Below, piece after piece: positions 1 to 13,646 of a stretch of 64,000 nucleotides of DNA (its first letter is position 1; the number at the start of each line of letters is the position of its first letter). This stretch comes from Octopus vulgaris (lineage: Eukaryota), in contig OX597819.1 of the NCBI GenBank assembly GCA_951406725.2, forward strand, positions 72,478,001-72,542,000. Direction: 5' to 3'. Below the pieces are notes generated by a model. The model ran no database searches, was not told the origin of the DNA, and worked only from the letters and a program-made list of their open reading frames with translations. Position numbers and translations under genes: made by a program.

Positions 1-168
1 ACTGACTGTGTCGAGCGAGAGAGTGGCAAAAGTGTTGTAGGAGCTTTTCTCACTTAGATCCAACGCCATACAGATGTCTCACTGTCCATTCATTTCCTGC
101 TCCGTTTCGTATTTTATGATGTCCTATGGCGATGGATTGTACACATGCAATGATGAAAATAGATGTTA

Positions 169-505
169 ACAAGAGCACTCAGAGAGCGCAAACCTCCGCC
201 AAGGCAACACCAACGTCCTTTCAACGATTAGCCAGAAATGATTTTTAAAATGAGAATATCTGAAATAAACTCGACTGCCCTCGCAAACGAGAATACTAAA
301 AATGAATCCGACCTCTCTCAAAAATTAAGTATAAAAAACAGGAAAATAATCCAGAATCCTTGTCCGGTACCGGATCGATCCCAAAATCTAATCAGTTTGT
401 GCTAGTCGCGAGGCCAAACATCCCTGAAAGTTTCATTCGAATCCATCCAAGGCTTTTTGAAATATCTTGTCCACGGACAGACAGACAGACAAACAAACAA
501 ATACG
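169..505. mobile_element. Non-autonomous Helentron/DINE-like element, 3' part truncated
   Basis: Carries ACCTCCGCC near its start and ends in (ACAG/ACAA)n. The near-identical copy at 34757-35082 ends in the complementary GGCGGAGGTAA. Confidence 0.55.
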
Positions 506-677
506 ATTGTGGATGTGAGACGACTGTCATCTGACAAGATGGAGCAATCATTATTTGTGAGTCTTATTAGCTTTCCTTCTGGCACGATTTGAAAGTTCAA
601 CTGAACGTTGACGTCAGATAAAAGTAATTAGAAATTAACTCATCCAGGCCTCTTCACGCTAATACCCAGGATGAGAT

Positions 678-995
678 GGTGTGTGGCTTAGTGGTTAGGG
701 CATTCGGCTCACGATTTTAAGGTCAAGAGTTCGATTCCCGGCAGCGCGTTGTGTCCTTGAGCAAGACACTTTATTTCACGTTGCTCCAGTCCACTCACCT
801 GACAAAAACGCATTGTACCTGCAATTCAAAGGGGGCCATCCTTGTCACATTTTGTGTCATGCTTAATCTCCCCGAGAACTACGTTAAGGGTACGCGTGTC
901 TATGGAGGGCTCAGCCGCTTGCACATAAATTTCACGAACAGGCTGTTCCGTCGATCGGATCAACTAGAACACTCATCGTCGCCATCGACGGAGAG
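678..995 (+). mobile_element. tRNA-headed SINE, family C
   Basis: A box TGGCTTAGTGG, B box GTTCGATTCC, core GTGTCCTTGAGCAAGACACT. Related copies near 1385-1495, 24230-24410, 26820-27163, 53583-54107, 61185-61400 and 61780-62100. Confidence 0.8.
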
Positions 996-1564
996 TCAGT
1001 TTTTTTTTTCTTTAATTAGTCAGGGTGAACTACGCCAGTGATTAATATTGTGTTCTAATACAGCTCCTACGGCCAATTTACCTGTGGTCTGTGTGTGTGT
1101 GCGCGCGCGTTAAGTAATTCTATCATATATAAGATAACAGTGTTATCAGGCATAGTTATTTGGCTTTTTTTTTTCTTTTATCTAGCTTTGTTTTACGCCG
1201 TATCGTATAACATGTTGTAATGTCACCTAGTTTCAGATATATGCCATCCTGATTCGAGAAAGTGCTATTTACTTGTTTATATAATTTAACTGTAAAAAAT
1301 CATGACACTTAATACTTTCGTGTTTGCCGACAAATGTATTTCACGGAGACAACATTGATTGGCTGATGTTACTGATACCGTTGTAGCCTTGTGGTGAAAG
1401 CGTTGTGTTCACGATCGCCAGTTCGTACGTTCGGTTCCCGGGCCGAGCTGTGCGTTGTGTTCTTGAGCAAAACTCTTCATTTCACGTTGCTCAGCGGGTA
1501 GGAGAGTAACAGGTTTGTTGGCGCATCGGCAGAAATGCTTTTCAATATACCTTCTGACTCATTA

Positions 1565-1980
1565 CTTATTTCTTTATTGCCCACAAGGGGCTAAACATAG
1601 AGGGGACGAACAAGGACGGACAAAGGGATTAAGTCGATTACATCGACCCCAGTGCGTAACTGGTACTTAATTTATCGACCCCGAAAGGATGAAAGGCAAA
1701 GTCGACCACGGCGGAATTTGAACTCAAAACGTAAAAACAGACGAAATACCTATTTCTTTACTACCCACAAGGGGCTAAACACTGAAAGGACAAACAAGGA
1801 CAGACAAACGGATTAAGTCGATTATATCGACCCCAGTGTGTGACTGGTACTTATTTAATCGACCCCCGAAAGGATTAAAGGCAAAGTCGACCTCGGCGGA
1901 ATTTGAACAAAGAACGTAACGGCAGACGAAATACGGCTACGCATTTCGCCCGGCGTGCAAACGTTTCTGCTAGCTTGCTG
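1565..1980 (-). mobile_element. SINE family B, tandem partial dimer
   Basis: Two tandem units containing CGAAAGGAT(G/T)AAAGGCAAAGTCGACC. Same arrangement at 58738-59130; further copies near 19560-19970, 27695-27890, 38040-38160, 38585-38752 and 63108-63210. Confidence 0.75.
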
Positions 1981-2399
1981 CATTTTCTGACTCATTACTT
2001 TCTGAGTTCAAATCCCACCTGCCTGGAGAAGGCAATGGGTAACCACTCTAGTATTCATCCTACATCTAACCGCGGGAGCCGAAGTACCAGTAATCTACTT
2101 GACGGCAGTAGGAGAGGATACGGGCCCTCCCAGTTCGTATAGGGAGGGATGGGGAAGGTTCACGCGCACAGGATCTGCCCGAGGGCAGACACCTCTAGGC
2201 TAGACTTATTCTGTTACATGGCGACTAATATCTTGGTCATGATCGTTTTATCTTTTACTTGTTTCAGTCTTTGGACTGCGGTCATGCTAGGGCATCCCCT
2301 TAAAGGGTTTTAGTCGAACAGACCGACCCCAGTACTTAACTTTTTGAAAGTTTGGTACCTACCCTATCGGTGTCTTTTGCTGAATCGCTAAGTTACAGG

Positions 2400-2468
<69 letters not shown>

Positions 2469-2472
<4 letters not shown>

Positions 2473-3120
2473 AGTTGGCAAAAGTTGCGTTCGGATTTTT
2501 AAACGAAAGATACAATTTTAAACACAAAGCGATTTATTCAATCAATTGTATAATTAGTTTCGTTCTGGTATCTTCTGCCGTCTTGTAAGCCGATACATTA
2601 TTCCTTGCTCAAAGAATTTCCTGTCTTTACTGGCAAAAACTCTTCCAGGTGAATTTTTACCTCTTCTTCAGAGTTGAAGGTTTGGTCAGTCAACGAAGCA
2701 GACGGAGGTCTGAAGGGCGCAAGGTAGGGCGAATATGGAAGATGCGGCAAGACCTCCCAGCCAAGCCCAGGTAACTTCTACCGCGTCAGCAAAGAAGCGT
2801 GCGGTCTGGCATTATCGGGACGGAAGATAACGCCCTTACGATTAGCAAGTGCTGGACGCTTCTGGTGGATCGCTGGGTTTAATTTGTCCAGCTGGTCGAT
2901 GCACACTTTCGAAATTATGCTTCTATCTGTAGAAAGAGGCTTGTAAAAGACAATACCCTTCCAGTCTCAGCAAACTGAAAGCATAACCTTCTTCCGGTGA
3001 TCCTGTAATGGATTTCGATTCTTTTAAGTCAAGTTGAGCAGTTATAAAAACCCTGGATTTTGGGAAAAACTTTAGTGTTTTGTTGGATGTAACTGAACTC
3101 CACGACACTCACCCCTTTGA
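2469..3120 (-). mobile_element. Decayed mariner transposon
   Basis: Minus-strand remnants of DNARPH and HLPYSP-LAPSD transposase motifs, with stops and frameshifts. Confidence 0.7.
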
Positions 3121-3689
3121 AACATTGGTGATTTTATGCCATGTCCAAAGAAAATAATCACAAGTCTATTTTGATTTGTTGATTAATTTATTAGTTAGAT
3201 TTACGAATTAGTTAATGAATATATAGTCGTACTTCTACACGACGAAAATTGTCTTTCCTTTCTAATGTAAATAATATAAAATGTTATATTTATATAATAA
3301 AACTAATTAAGAAAATGTTTCTCTTCACGTTTGTTTTATATATGCATTTCTGTAATCATTAAATTATATTTTCTTATAGCGGTTAAATGAACACTAAGAA
3401 AATATTATACATACATGTCGTTAATATTCATAGTGTTTTATGAGTATATTTCTCTATGACGTTATATACTGTACTTCGGATTTGTGTATAATGATAACAC
3501 TTAAGTTATAAGTGACGTTCAATCATTATATTCACCCTTACTCAAAAAAGCCAAATAAAATAATCTATTTCCCAATAGAAAACAATAAATAGCATTACAT
3601 TACTGTTACAAAACTAAATAGAGAATATACTATAATATAACCTAAGAGAAAGCTCAAGGTAGCATAAAAACCAGCTATAGGAATTGGCA

Positions 3690-4870
3690 ATAATCCAAAC
3701 AAGGAGAACGTCAAAGATAACTTCAGGCCCATAACTGCTCAACGCAGATTTGAAGATTTTGGCCAAGGTGCTAGCCGAGGGGTTGGCGCGTGTCATCGAG
3801 AAACTGGCCGACAAGGCGCAAACATGCACCGTACCAGGCAAGAGTATCCATGACAACCTCCATCTGATGCGTTACATCATAGACATGGTAGTTAAGGAAC
3901 CTGGCATGGGTGGGGCACTGATCAATTTGGATCAATCGAAAGCTTTCGACAGGGTCGACCATCGCTACTCAGAGGCTGTCCTTAGAGCGGCTGGTTTCGG
4001 TCCCGTCTTCCGCGGTTGGATCGTTGCCTTATACAGCGGCATTCGCTCGGTAGTTCGCGTTAATAGTCATCTGTCCAGGCCATTTAGCATCACGCGTTCG
4101 ATCCATCAAAGATGACTCCTCTCGTCGCTTCTATACGTATTGGCTCTAGAGTTACTACTGCGGAAGCTGTCGACGCTGAGGGGCACCCCGCTAGAACTGA
4201 GATGCGGGACGAGCGTGTCTGCCTACGCGGACGACATCACCGTCATAGTGTCGAGCTACTAAAAGAATACAAAGTGGTCACGGGAGCGAAAATTAACCGG
4301 GAAAAGTCAGTGGACTTGCGGCTCGGCACCTGGAAAAGCAAGCCCATGCCGTCCAACAGCGTCTCCATCGTGGGACGCTGGACCGACGGACCGGTTAAAT
4401 TGCTCGGGGTTTGGTTTGGTCCGGACCTCCAAATGGAGAACTGGGACAAGATAACGAGTAGGGTAGCCACTCTCGCTCAGCAATGGGCTGAGAGGAAGCT
4501 ATACCTAAAAGATCGGGCGGAGGTGGCGAATGCATACATTGCTTTCGTCATCGATTACTGTCTGACCGTCGTGCCTTGTCCCGACCCTACCATCACCAAA
4601 CTGGAACGCATACTCTTCCGCTTTTGGTGGAAGGGAAGCGTTCCGATGGTTAGGCGATCCATTTACTGTCAACACTCGCTAAATGGAAGGCTGGGTATGT
4701 CGTGGTTGATGATGCGCAGTTCGTCTCCTTAGCCGAACTGCAGTCGTGGATCAGAGACCGAGGCTAGGCGAAAGGCACCGCGAGTGCGGCCTTGCTCCCA
4801 AGCAACTCTGCCATCGGGGACCAAAGGCGTTCTATAGAGGATTAGTGGAGGGGAGGTGCGACGACGTTCT
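3690..4870 (+). mobile_element. L1/Tx1-clade LINE reverse transcriptase fragment (frameshifted)
   Basis: NFRPITLLNADLKILAKVLA, INLDQSKAFDRVDH, AYADD, GAKINREKS, VKLLGVWF motifs; GC-rich relative to the flanks. Confidence 0.9.
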
Positions 4871-5165
4871 TGCCAATGGAGAAAGAATCGGTTTCTAACC
4901 TAGATCCAAGGTTCCTTCATTGGAATTTCAACATCAACAACAGGGTATTTTTGTATGTATGTATGTATGTATGTATGTATGTATGTATGTATGTATGTAT
5001 GTATGTATGTATTGTGTATGTATGTATGCACAGATTTGTATGTTTTATGTATGTATTCTCATGCATATAGTTACATATCTTGACATGTTCATATATATTT
5101 AAATGATAAACTTCTGGAAAGTTTTACAGATTTTTACAGTTCCAGTAATGGATTGGATTTCTGTC
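4871..5165 (-). mobile_element. 3' end of an RLE-type non-LTR retrotransposon
   Basis: Reverse complement matches 13555-13646 joined to 15352-15600 and spans the empty mariner site (GTAACTATATGCATG). Confidence 0.75.
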
Positions 5166-5294
5166 GCTCCGTTCTTAGTTCACATTCCACTGAAGTCAAC
5201 TTTGCCTTTCATCCTTTCGGGATGTATGTATGTATGTATGTATGTATGTATGTATGTATGTATGTATGTATGTATGTATGTATGTATGTATGTA

Positions 5295-5495
5295 TTCTGC
5301 ATTTAAGCGTGCTGCTCGAAAGCACACTTTTAGTGTAGTGAATGGGGAAACCTTGGTCTGCAATGTTTGCATTCGTGTATACTTGTCATTAGCCACCAAC
5401 GGAGCCGCAAATGCAAAATAAAAGTGCCCTAGAGCGCACAATGTTCCTGAAGGTCAGCAATGGTATTCCTCGGTCACGAGTGGACGGCCATCATG
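5295..5495 (+). mobile_element. RTE LINE 3' terminal fragment within (TATG)n
   Basis: Encodes [14 protein letters not shown], resembling the C-terminal CxxC zinc knuckle of RTE ORFs, followed by a short tail. Confidence 0.5.
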
Positions 5496-5673
5496 TGTGT
5501 ATGTATGTATGTATGTCTGTACGTACGTACGTACGTATGTATGTATGTATGTATGTATGTATGTATGTATGTATGTATGTATGTATGTATGCATGGAATG
5601 TATGCATGGAATGTATGCATGCATGTATGTATGTGTGTATGTATGTATGTATGTATGTATGTATGTATGTATG

Positions 5674-5801
<128 letters not shown>

Positions 5802-6402
5802 CTTAGTGTCAGGTCGCTCTTGGGTGCAACTGGTAACGTGTAACGCAGTAAAACTTGATGCATGGTCGGGTCGTCGGCGACTAAATTGGCAACCCTAATA
5901 AGCTTGCTTGTTGAGGAGGGTGATTTTTGGACACCCTGCAGAACGAAAAATAAGACCTGTTAATGGGCGGAAGGGCTCATGAGCAGTCAACGGCCATCTA
6001 ACAATATGTGTACATGTGTATGAATGCATGTATGTATGCGCACGGACGTGGAAATATCTGGGTTGGCGTCCAGGCGATCGGTTGGCCCACTCGGAGTGGT
6101 AGGCGCCTCAGTTGTTGTTACAACACCTCGCTAGGACAAGGAAACTCTGAGAGAAGACCTGCGACATTGACAATATTCGATGATGTAGACTAATTCTACT
6201 TTTCGAGTTTATGCTGTCCATGTTAAAAAGAGTGGGATTGGATTTGTGCAAATCCTTTCCCCACTATGAAAAAATCATTATGCACGGGTATCACTTGGAC
6301 AAAAAAAAGCAAGACCTATCACAAAAATGGCTGGTCGTAGTCTTCGCATGTGTGGGACTTTCGATCAGGCGATGGCAATACTCCAACACGAGTTTGCAGA
6401 CA

Positions 6403-6452
<50 letters not shown>

Positions 6453-6531
6453 TGACAATTGGTTGTCATAGTAAAACTCAGAGTTTCGGATGCCGGGGCT
6501 GAAGTCTGCTCCGGCATCTCATCAGTTATTA

Positions 6532-6600
6532 AGACAAAACTGATGAGATGCCGGAGCAGACTTCAGCCCCGGCATCCGAAACTCTGAGTTTTATTATGAC
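6532..6600 (+). ncRNA. Type I hammerhead ribozyme motif (inverted copy on - at 6465-6535)
   Basis: CTGATGA 6540-6546; stem II ATGCCGG/CCGGCAT; GAAA 6578-6581; short stem III CTC-T-GAG; GUU site. Stem I is better preserved in the minus copy (GTCTTAATAA/TTACTATGAC). Confidence 0.8.
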
Positions 6601-6785
6601 AACCAACTAATTATCACATATATTTATAGATAAATTCCTCTATTTTACATATCGAGGTCTCATTCATTCTTGTTGTCATATTATATATGTATATATATAT
6701 ATATATTTATATATACATACATACATACATACATACATACATACATACATACATACATACATACATACATACATACATACATACA

Positions 6786-7490
6786 CAGTAATCCCTCGCC
6801 ATTTTGCGGTTCACGTATCGCGGTTAATTATTTAAGCTTACGTCGATTTTTCCGTGGTGTTATTTTGCATTTATGATAAAATAAAGATATGCAGGATTGG
6901 GTTTGTGGTAAGAAGCTTGCTTCCCAACCACATGGTTCCGGGTTCAGTCCCTCTGCATGACACCTTGGAGAAGTGTCATCTACTATAGCCCCGGGCCGAC
7001 CAAAGCCTTGCGAGTGGATTTAGTAGACGGAAAATGAAAGAAGCCCGTCGTATATATATATGTATATATATATGTATATATATGTATGTGTTTGCTATTT
7101 ATGTATGTGTTTGTCCCGCCACCATCGCTTGACAACCGATGTTGGTGTGCTTACGTCCCTGTCACCTAGCTGTTCGGCAAAAGAGACCGATAGAATAAGT
7201 ACGAGGCTTACAAAGAATAAGTCCTGGGGTCGATTTGTTCGACTAAAGGTAGTGCTCCAGCATGGCCGTAGTCAAATGCCTGAAACAAATAAAAGAATAA
7301 AAAAGTAAAAAAGAATAAAAAAAAAAGTAAAGATTATTTTGAAAAATAGTATACATGGCCACAGTCAAATGACTGAAACAAGTAAGAGTAAAAGAGTAAA
7401 AGAGTACTGTACTATTTCAACTTTGTGGATTTTCACCTATTGCGGGTGGGTTTTGGAACGTAACACCCACAATAGTTGAGGGATTACGGT
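6786..7490. mobile_element. pogo/Tigger-like MITE interrupted by a family A SINE (about 6900-7400)
   Basis: Imperfect TIRs CAGTAATCCCTC ... GAGGGATTACGG. Confidence 0.6.
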
Positions 7491-7511
7491 ATAGTGCATT
7501 TTCACCCCTTA

Positions 7512-7602
<91 letters not shown>

Positions 7603-7764
7603 ACCGCACATTCAAAACCATCTTAATGAGACGAATTCTCACAGTTATCTCAAATGACAAACAAAACACATTATCACAAAGCTAATAAAACAATATCACT
7701 GATATAATATTAGGAGCGTGTGTGTGAGTGCGTATGTGTGTCTCAGTATCTGTGTGTGTGTGTA

Positions 7765-7812
<48 letters not shown>

Positions 7813-8227
7813 TACATGTACGTAGGTGGGTGTATACATAAGATATGTAGGCAGATAGGTGAATTCCTATGAGTAGATATGTAAATACTTGTCTGAGAAG
7901 ATATGTGTGTAGGTTTCGGTTTGGGTGAGTTTATTTATTTTACTTTTTATTGTTGAAAGAAGCATTTGTTACCTGTCAGTTAATGACAAAAAGCAGTGTC
8001 TCGGCAAAGGTGGTAAAAGGTAGGAGAAGGGTATATTAAAGGTGGGCTCGAAATTATGTCATTCGCATGAACGGTGATCGGTCTTTATGAATATCATAGA
8101 ATAGAGAATTCAGGACATGACCTTCATGTCATAGGAAAACTTCGCCAACGACAGGGAGAATACATACATACACATACATACATACATACCTACATACATA
8201 CATACATACAAACATACATACATACAT

Positions 8228-8455
8228 ACTCTTTTACTCTTTACTTTTTAACTTGTTTCAGTCATTTGACTGCGGCCATGCTGGAGCACTGCCTTTAATC
8301 GAGCAACTCGACCCCGGGACTTATTCTTTTGTAAGCCCAGTACTTATTCTATCGGTCTCTTTTGCCGAACCGCCAAGTAACGGGGGACATAAACATACCA
8401 GCATCGGTTGTCAAGCAATGCTAGGGGGACAAACACAGACACACAAACACACACA

Positions 8456-8509
<54 letters not shown>

Positions 8510-8662
8510 TACGACGGGCTTCTTTCAGTTTATGTCTACCAAATCCACTCACAAGGCTTTGATCGGCCCGAGGCTATAGTAGAAGACACTTGCCCAAGAT
8601 GCCACGCAGTGGGACTGAACCCGGAACCATGTGGTTGGTAAACAAGCTACTTACCACACAGT
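8228..8662 (-). mobile_element. tRNA-headed SINE, family A
   Basis: Reverse complement of the 14144-14565 copy, with internal (AT)n. About 20 full or partial copies occur in the window. Confidence 0.85.
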
Positions 8663-8825
8663 TGTCATACATACACATACACACACATATACACACACAC
8701 ACTCACACACAACGTGTGTGTGTGTTTAATTTATACATACATATATATATATATGCGCTTGATGACGCTTGATCAGATAAGTATGTTTAATTTTTACAGT
8801 GCTCTCAAATTTAAAATCTTGAATT

Positions 8826-8905
8826 ACTGTACTGAACAGTGAGAATGATAGAGTGGAAATGTGAGTTTACATTTTCCACATCTAACTCCGAAACGCGTAT
8901 ACAGT
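8826..8905 (+). ncRNA. Degenerate hammerhead motif
   Basis: Stem I ACTGTA/TACAGT and GAAACGCGTA 3' core; the CTGATGA box is interrupted. Confidence 0.45.
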
Positions 8906-9136
8906 TAATCAAACCCGGGTAGATTCGTTATTTTTTTTTCTTTACCTGCGTGGGTTGTTGAATATTGTTTTCTGGGAGACTTTCTTGTGGTAGAGAAATA
9001 ACTAGTTTTTAATTGCTCTTTCTAAATTTCGGTATGTGGTGAAGCAAATTTTTGCTGAACCCTAATTATAATTATACTCATAATTATAAAAATTTTTATA
9101 TATGTATGCGTATAGCTAGCTAGCTAGCTAGCTAGC

Positions 9137-9221
<85 letters not shown>

Positions 9222-9704
9222 GTGTGTGTGCTCGCATGCGCGTGTGTATGTGTGTGTACCCTATCTCGTGTTATAAAAGCGACGTGTGCATAAAGGGCGC
9301 ACCCCAATTTCAGCAACGGCTATTCACGTAAAAGAAGAAATGTTTAGCGCATTAAAGCACGTAATATAGGCCACAGGAGCTTCGGTGTGGTTTTTTGTTT
9401 GTTTTGTTTTGTTTTGTTTTTTGTTTTTTGTTTTTTGTTTTTTTTTTAGACATTTTTTAAGCAAAAATGGATCTCTTGTATGCCATCAAATACCGTAAAT
9501 ACAAATATATTCATACACAGAAGCATGCTTACATATATACATACGTACATACAGGTAGACATGCATATATACATACAAACATAGATATATACATTTATAC
9601 TATGATAAAGTTATCTGCTTGTTAATTAGCTTGGTGTATGTAACTTTCACTAACAGAAGTAATTATTAAAGTCTACACTGTGTAGAAAATTCTTTAAAAT
9701 TCTA

Positions 9705-9764
<60 letters not shown>

Positions 9765-10408
9765 TAATAAATAAAACATATGCATATATACATATATGTA
9801 CGTACCTACCTCTACATGTATATATACATGCATATATGGATACAGGACACCAAAAAAAACGTCGAACATAATGAGAAACGAAAACATAAAACAAAACCAA
9901 GGAACTGGACATTTTTCTTAAACAACGAAAAAATAGAGTACAGGACAAATAACACAAGGAAAATTCTTCAGTCGCCATGGTTTCATCTACTCTGCGTTTC
10001 GAAGGTGAAAGTGATACGCATCTTCGATAGAAACTTTCCTTCCCGCGAAAAGCAAATTAAATAAAATTTAAGATCTTTTTGCGGAGGGGTAAAAATGGTA
10101 ACAAAAACAGGACAGTAACGACAGTACAAAATATAAACAGTAAAAGACAGGACAAGGAGAATAACAAGACAAGAAGGGCTGTTAAGCCGAACGAGATAAA
10201 AGTATTACGAACGCTATTTTTGAGAACGGCGAAGGAGCGACAGAAAATGCCGTCTACACTTCAAGGAAGTATATATATATATATACATTTTGACAAAATG
10301 TGGCTTATGACTTTCTTTTATCATTGAAGGTGTCAACTATAGAAAATTAATTTTAATTCACTGAATGATAGCGTTATCACTGTATGATAGCTTTTCCTCT
10401 TTGTCTAT

Positions 10409-10458
<50 letters not shown>

Positions 10459-10706
10459 TGCCACTTTTTACAAACATATCAGTAAAAACATTTCTTCAAA
10501 TAATAAGTTTAATGAGCCAAATAATGTCGATGCCAGTGTCTTTTCATATTTGTCGGATGCTTTTAAAGAAATTGAAAGCTGAAGAATGAAAGTGCTTTTA
10601 CTTGACTTGACGTCAATTGTACCAAATATAAACTCGCACATAGAATCATACATACAAACAGACATATACCTAAAACCATTGATACATGGAAACATTATTG
10701 AAAATT

Positions 10707-11275
10707 ATATATTTTCGAACGGGAATTCAGCAACGCCTTCTAGCCAAGCAGCTATTCTGTGCCGATGAAGAATAACTTTGCTCTGGATGGGGTGCTGGAC
10801 TCCCTGTTCGAAAATATAAGGACACAGATATTGTGTCGGATAGCCAGGTGGAAACGATTTCCGTACCAATCATCCTATCAACCGTAACAGGACAGTCACA
10901 CTATGTTGGCAAATAGCCTTTACTTTAAAGAACTGCTACTGAATATCTCTCTTTGAGAGATTTAGAAATAATAATGTTTCTATTTTATTAGATCAGTGAC
11001 TGTGTGTCACTTTTGTAACTATATTTTCGAACGGTGAATTCAGCAACGCCACCTAGTCAAGCAGCTATTTTGTGTTGATAAAGGGCAATAACCTAGAAAC
11101 CGGTCCACGGATGTTGCTTTGTGCTGGATGGGGGTGCTTGACTCCTTGTTCGAAAATATAAGGACACAGATATTGTGTCGTATAGCCAGCTAGAAACGAT
11201 TTTTCTTGAGGCTAAACAGCAGTAATAATCGTCCTATCCAGGACAGCCACATTATGTTGGCAAATAGTCTTTAAG
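10707..11275 (+). repeat. Tandem ~310-bp PLE pseudo-LTR-like direct repeat with a degenerate HHR (11071-11110)
   Basis: Units start at about 10707 and 11020. HHR reads GTG-TTGATAA-AGGGCAATAACCTA-GAAA-CCGG-TC-CAC. Related to 19990-20550 and 63210-63390. Confidence 0.6.
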
Positions 11276-11944
11276 TCGAGACATACAAACATACACAATA
11301 TGCATACATACTCACACCCATACATATATACATTCATGCAGTCTTTTACTTGTCACAGTCATTGGATTGCATCCATGCTGGATCAATGTCTTCAATGGTT
11401 TGCTGGAACAACTGACCCCAGCACTCACATTTTTAAGTCTGGTTCTTATTCTTTCGGGATTTTTTTCTGAAGACGTAAACAAACAAACACTGTTTTCAAG
11501 CGGTGTGAAGCACAAACACAAAGGCATACACGCAAATATACGTATATATTTATATACACATACAACAGGCGTCCACGCAGTTTCTGTCTACCAAATTCAC
11601 TCATAAGGCTTTAATCGGCCCAGATCTCTAGTAAAAGATATTTGCCCATGGGGCCGTGCGAACGAGGATATGCCTGCACCTATATATTAACATACAGACA
11701 CAAACGAATGCATACACACATATAGACACACTCGTATAGACACACACACACACATATATATATATACACGTATACACATGCATACATTTTTGTATGCAAA
11801 CGTACTGGCATACGTATATACACTTACAAGCAGCTACTTACACACATACATACATACTCACATATACACACACATGTGTGTATATGTATGTATATATATG
11901 TGCATATATACATATATATACATATATATGTATATATGTGTGTG

Positions 11945-12009
<65 letters not shown>

Positions 12010-12015
<6 letters not shown>

Positions 12016-12650
12016 AATATAGCTCGTAAGATGAGCTCCTGAATCCGAAGTACCTTTCGTTCCAGAGAACAAGATATCATCATTCCTCTTTTTTCCTCCT
12101 GTGTACAGCCACACCTCGAATGGTGCTGTCCCTGTGGTCTTCCCACACAAAAAAAGAAGCGCTTTGTAAATTTAATTGCCCCAGAGGATATTCGCTGGAA
12201 GAATTAAAACATTGAAACTCTATTCTCTTTAGCACCGCCGTAAGTGCTACATCATTTGCACGATGTGGAGAATATATCACCAGCATTGCTCAAACGAACT
12301 CAACGTTAGTTTCAGAATTCATCCAAGACTAGGATCACGTGCCATACGTCCCCTACCCAATTCAGAATCACAACACAAAAATAAACTGCAACACAATCTC
12401 TTTTCCTCAATAGATCCTGCCCTATTTAACATTGTCCCAAAATAAATCAAAGAGGAAAAAGATCCCATCACATTTAAACAGAATCTGGACAAATTTCTTC
12501 AAAGGATACCAGATGAGCCGCTTATACATGGATACAACTCACTCAACAAGAACTCCCAACTCGAACAAAACTTGCCTTCGAAAGGATTTAGCAAATCCTG
12601 TCAGGTGGTACTATTAAGTTCGACATGGCCTGTACCAATCTCTGGTCGAA
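12010..12650 (+). mobile_element. CR1-group LINE 3' fragment
   Basis: Homologous to 47760-48625 (SFRIHPRLGSRAIRPLPNS). Confidence 0.8.
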
Positions 12651-12703
12651 ACATATCTAAGTTACGTAAGTTATATGTATACATATATATGTATGCATGT
12701 ATG

Positions 12704-12771
<68 letters not shown>

Positions 12772-12846
12772 TGTGTATGCATATATGTGTGTATATATAT
12801 ATACACATATATATACACACATATACACGTATGTATACACACACGA

Positions 12847-12877
<31 letters not shown>

Positions 12878-13646
12878 TACACGTATGTATGCATATGTGT
12901 GTGTGTATATATGTATGTATGCATACATAGAATACTTATATGCATATATATACATCCACACATACATGTATACATACACATACATATATTCTTACATAAA
13001 TAAACATACTGATACCTACATACACATATATACGCGTATACATGTATACAAACATATACATACAATAGACACACGCATACACAAACACACCACACACACC
13101 ATGCATACAAATATACATATATGCACATATGCATACATGCGTATATACATATACATACATACGTATGTATACATACGTATATACACACATACACATGTAT
13201 ATACATACATATGTACACACACGCAAACATACGTATACGCATGCATACATATATACATGCATGTATACATACATACGTGCATGAATGCATGCATACATAC
13301 ATACATACATACATACATACATACATACATACATACATACATACATACATACATACATAAAGCAGAAGATCAGTGAAAATGATAACACCTATGCTGAACT
13401 ATTGAGAAACCTGCAGTTACTCTATCCAGATTACAAATTTATGTTTATACCTGTACTTATTGGGGCCCTGGGATATGTAACACACTGCCTAAATACCAAT
13501 CTTGAGAAATTAGGCTTCTCAAAACCAGAAAGGAGAAAGCTAATTAGAAGACTACAGATCCAATCCAACACTGGAACTGTAAAAATCTGTAAAACTTCCC
13601 AGAAGTTTGATTTAAATATATATGAGCATGTCTAGATATGCAACTA

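Noticed and set aside
678-745. SINE heads as real tRNA genes
   Set aside because: No complete acceptor stem; they run into multi-copy SINE bodies.
2021-2060. Bov-A-like motif GGAGAAGGCAATGGGTAACCACTCTAGTATTC as horizontal transfer
   Set aside because: A short motif typical of RTE 5' UTRs and RTE-derived SINEs; insufficient evidence for transfer.
5295-5495. Possible HDV-like ribozyme on the minus strand
   Set aside because: Could not build the nested double pseudoknot; better explained as a plus-strand RTE 3' end.
12572-13388. Long overlapping ORFs rich in YI/CV/HT (also near 17659-18332, 38838-39461 and 52833-53383)
   Set aside because: Translations of (AT)n, (GT)n and (TATG)n microsatellites.
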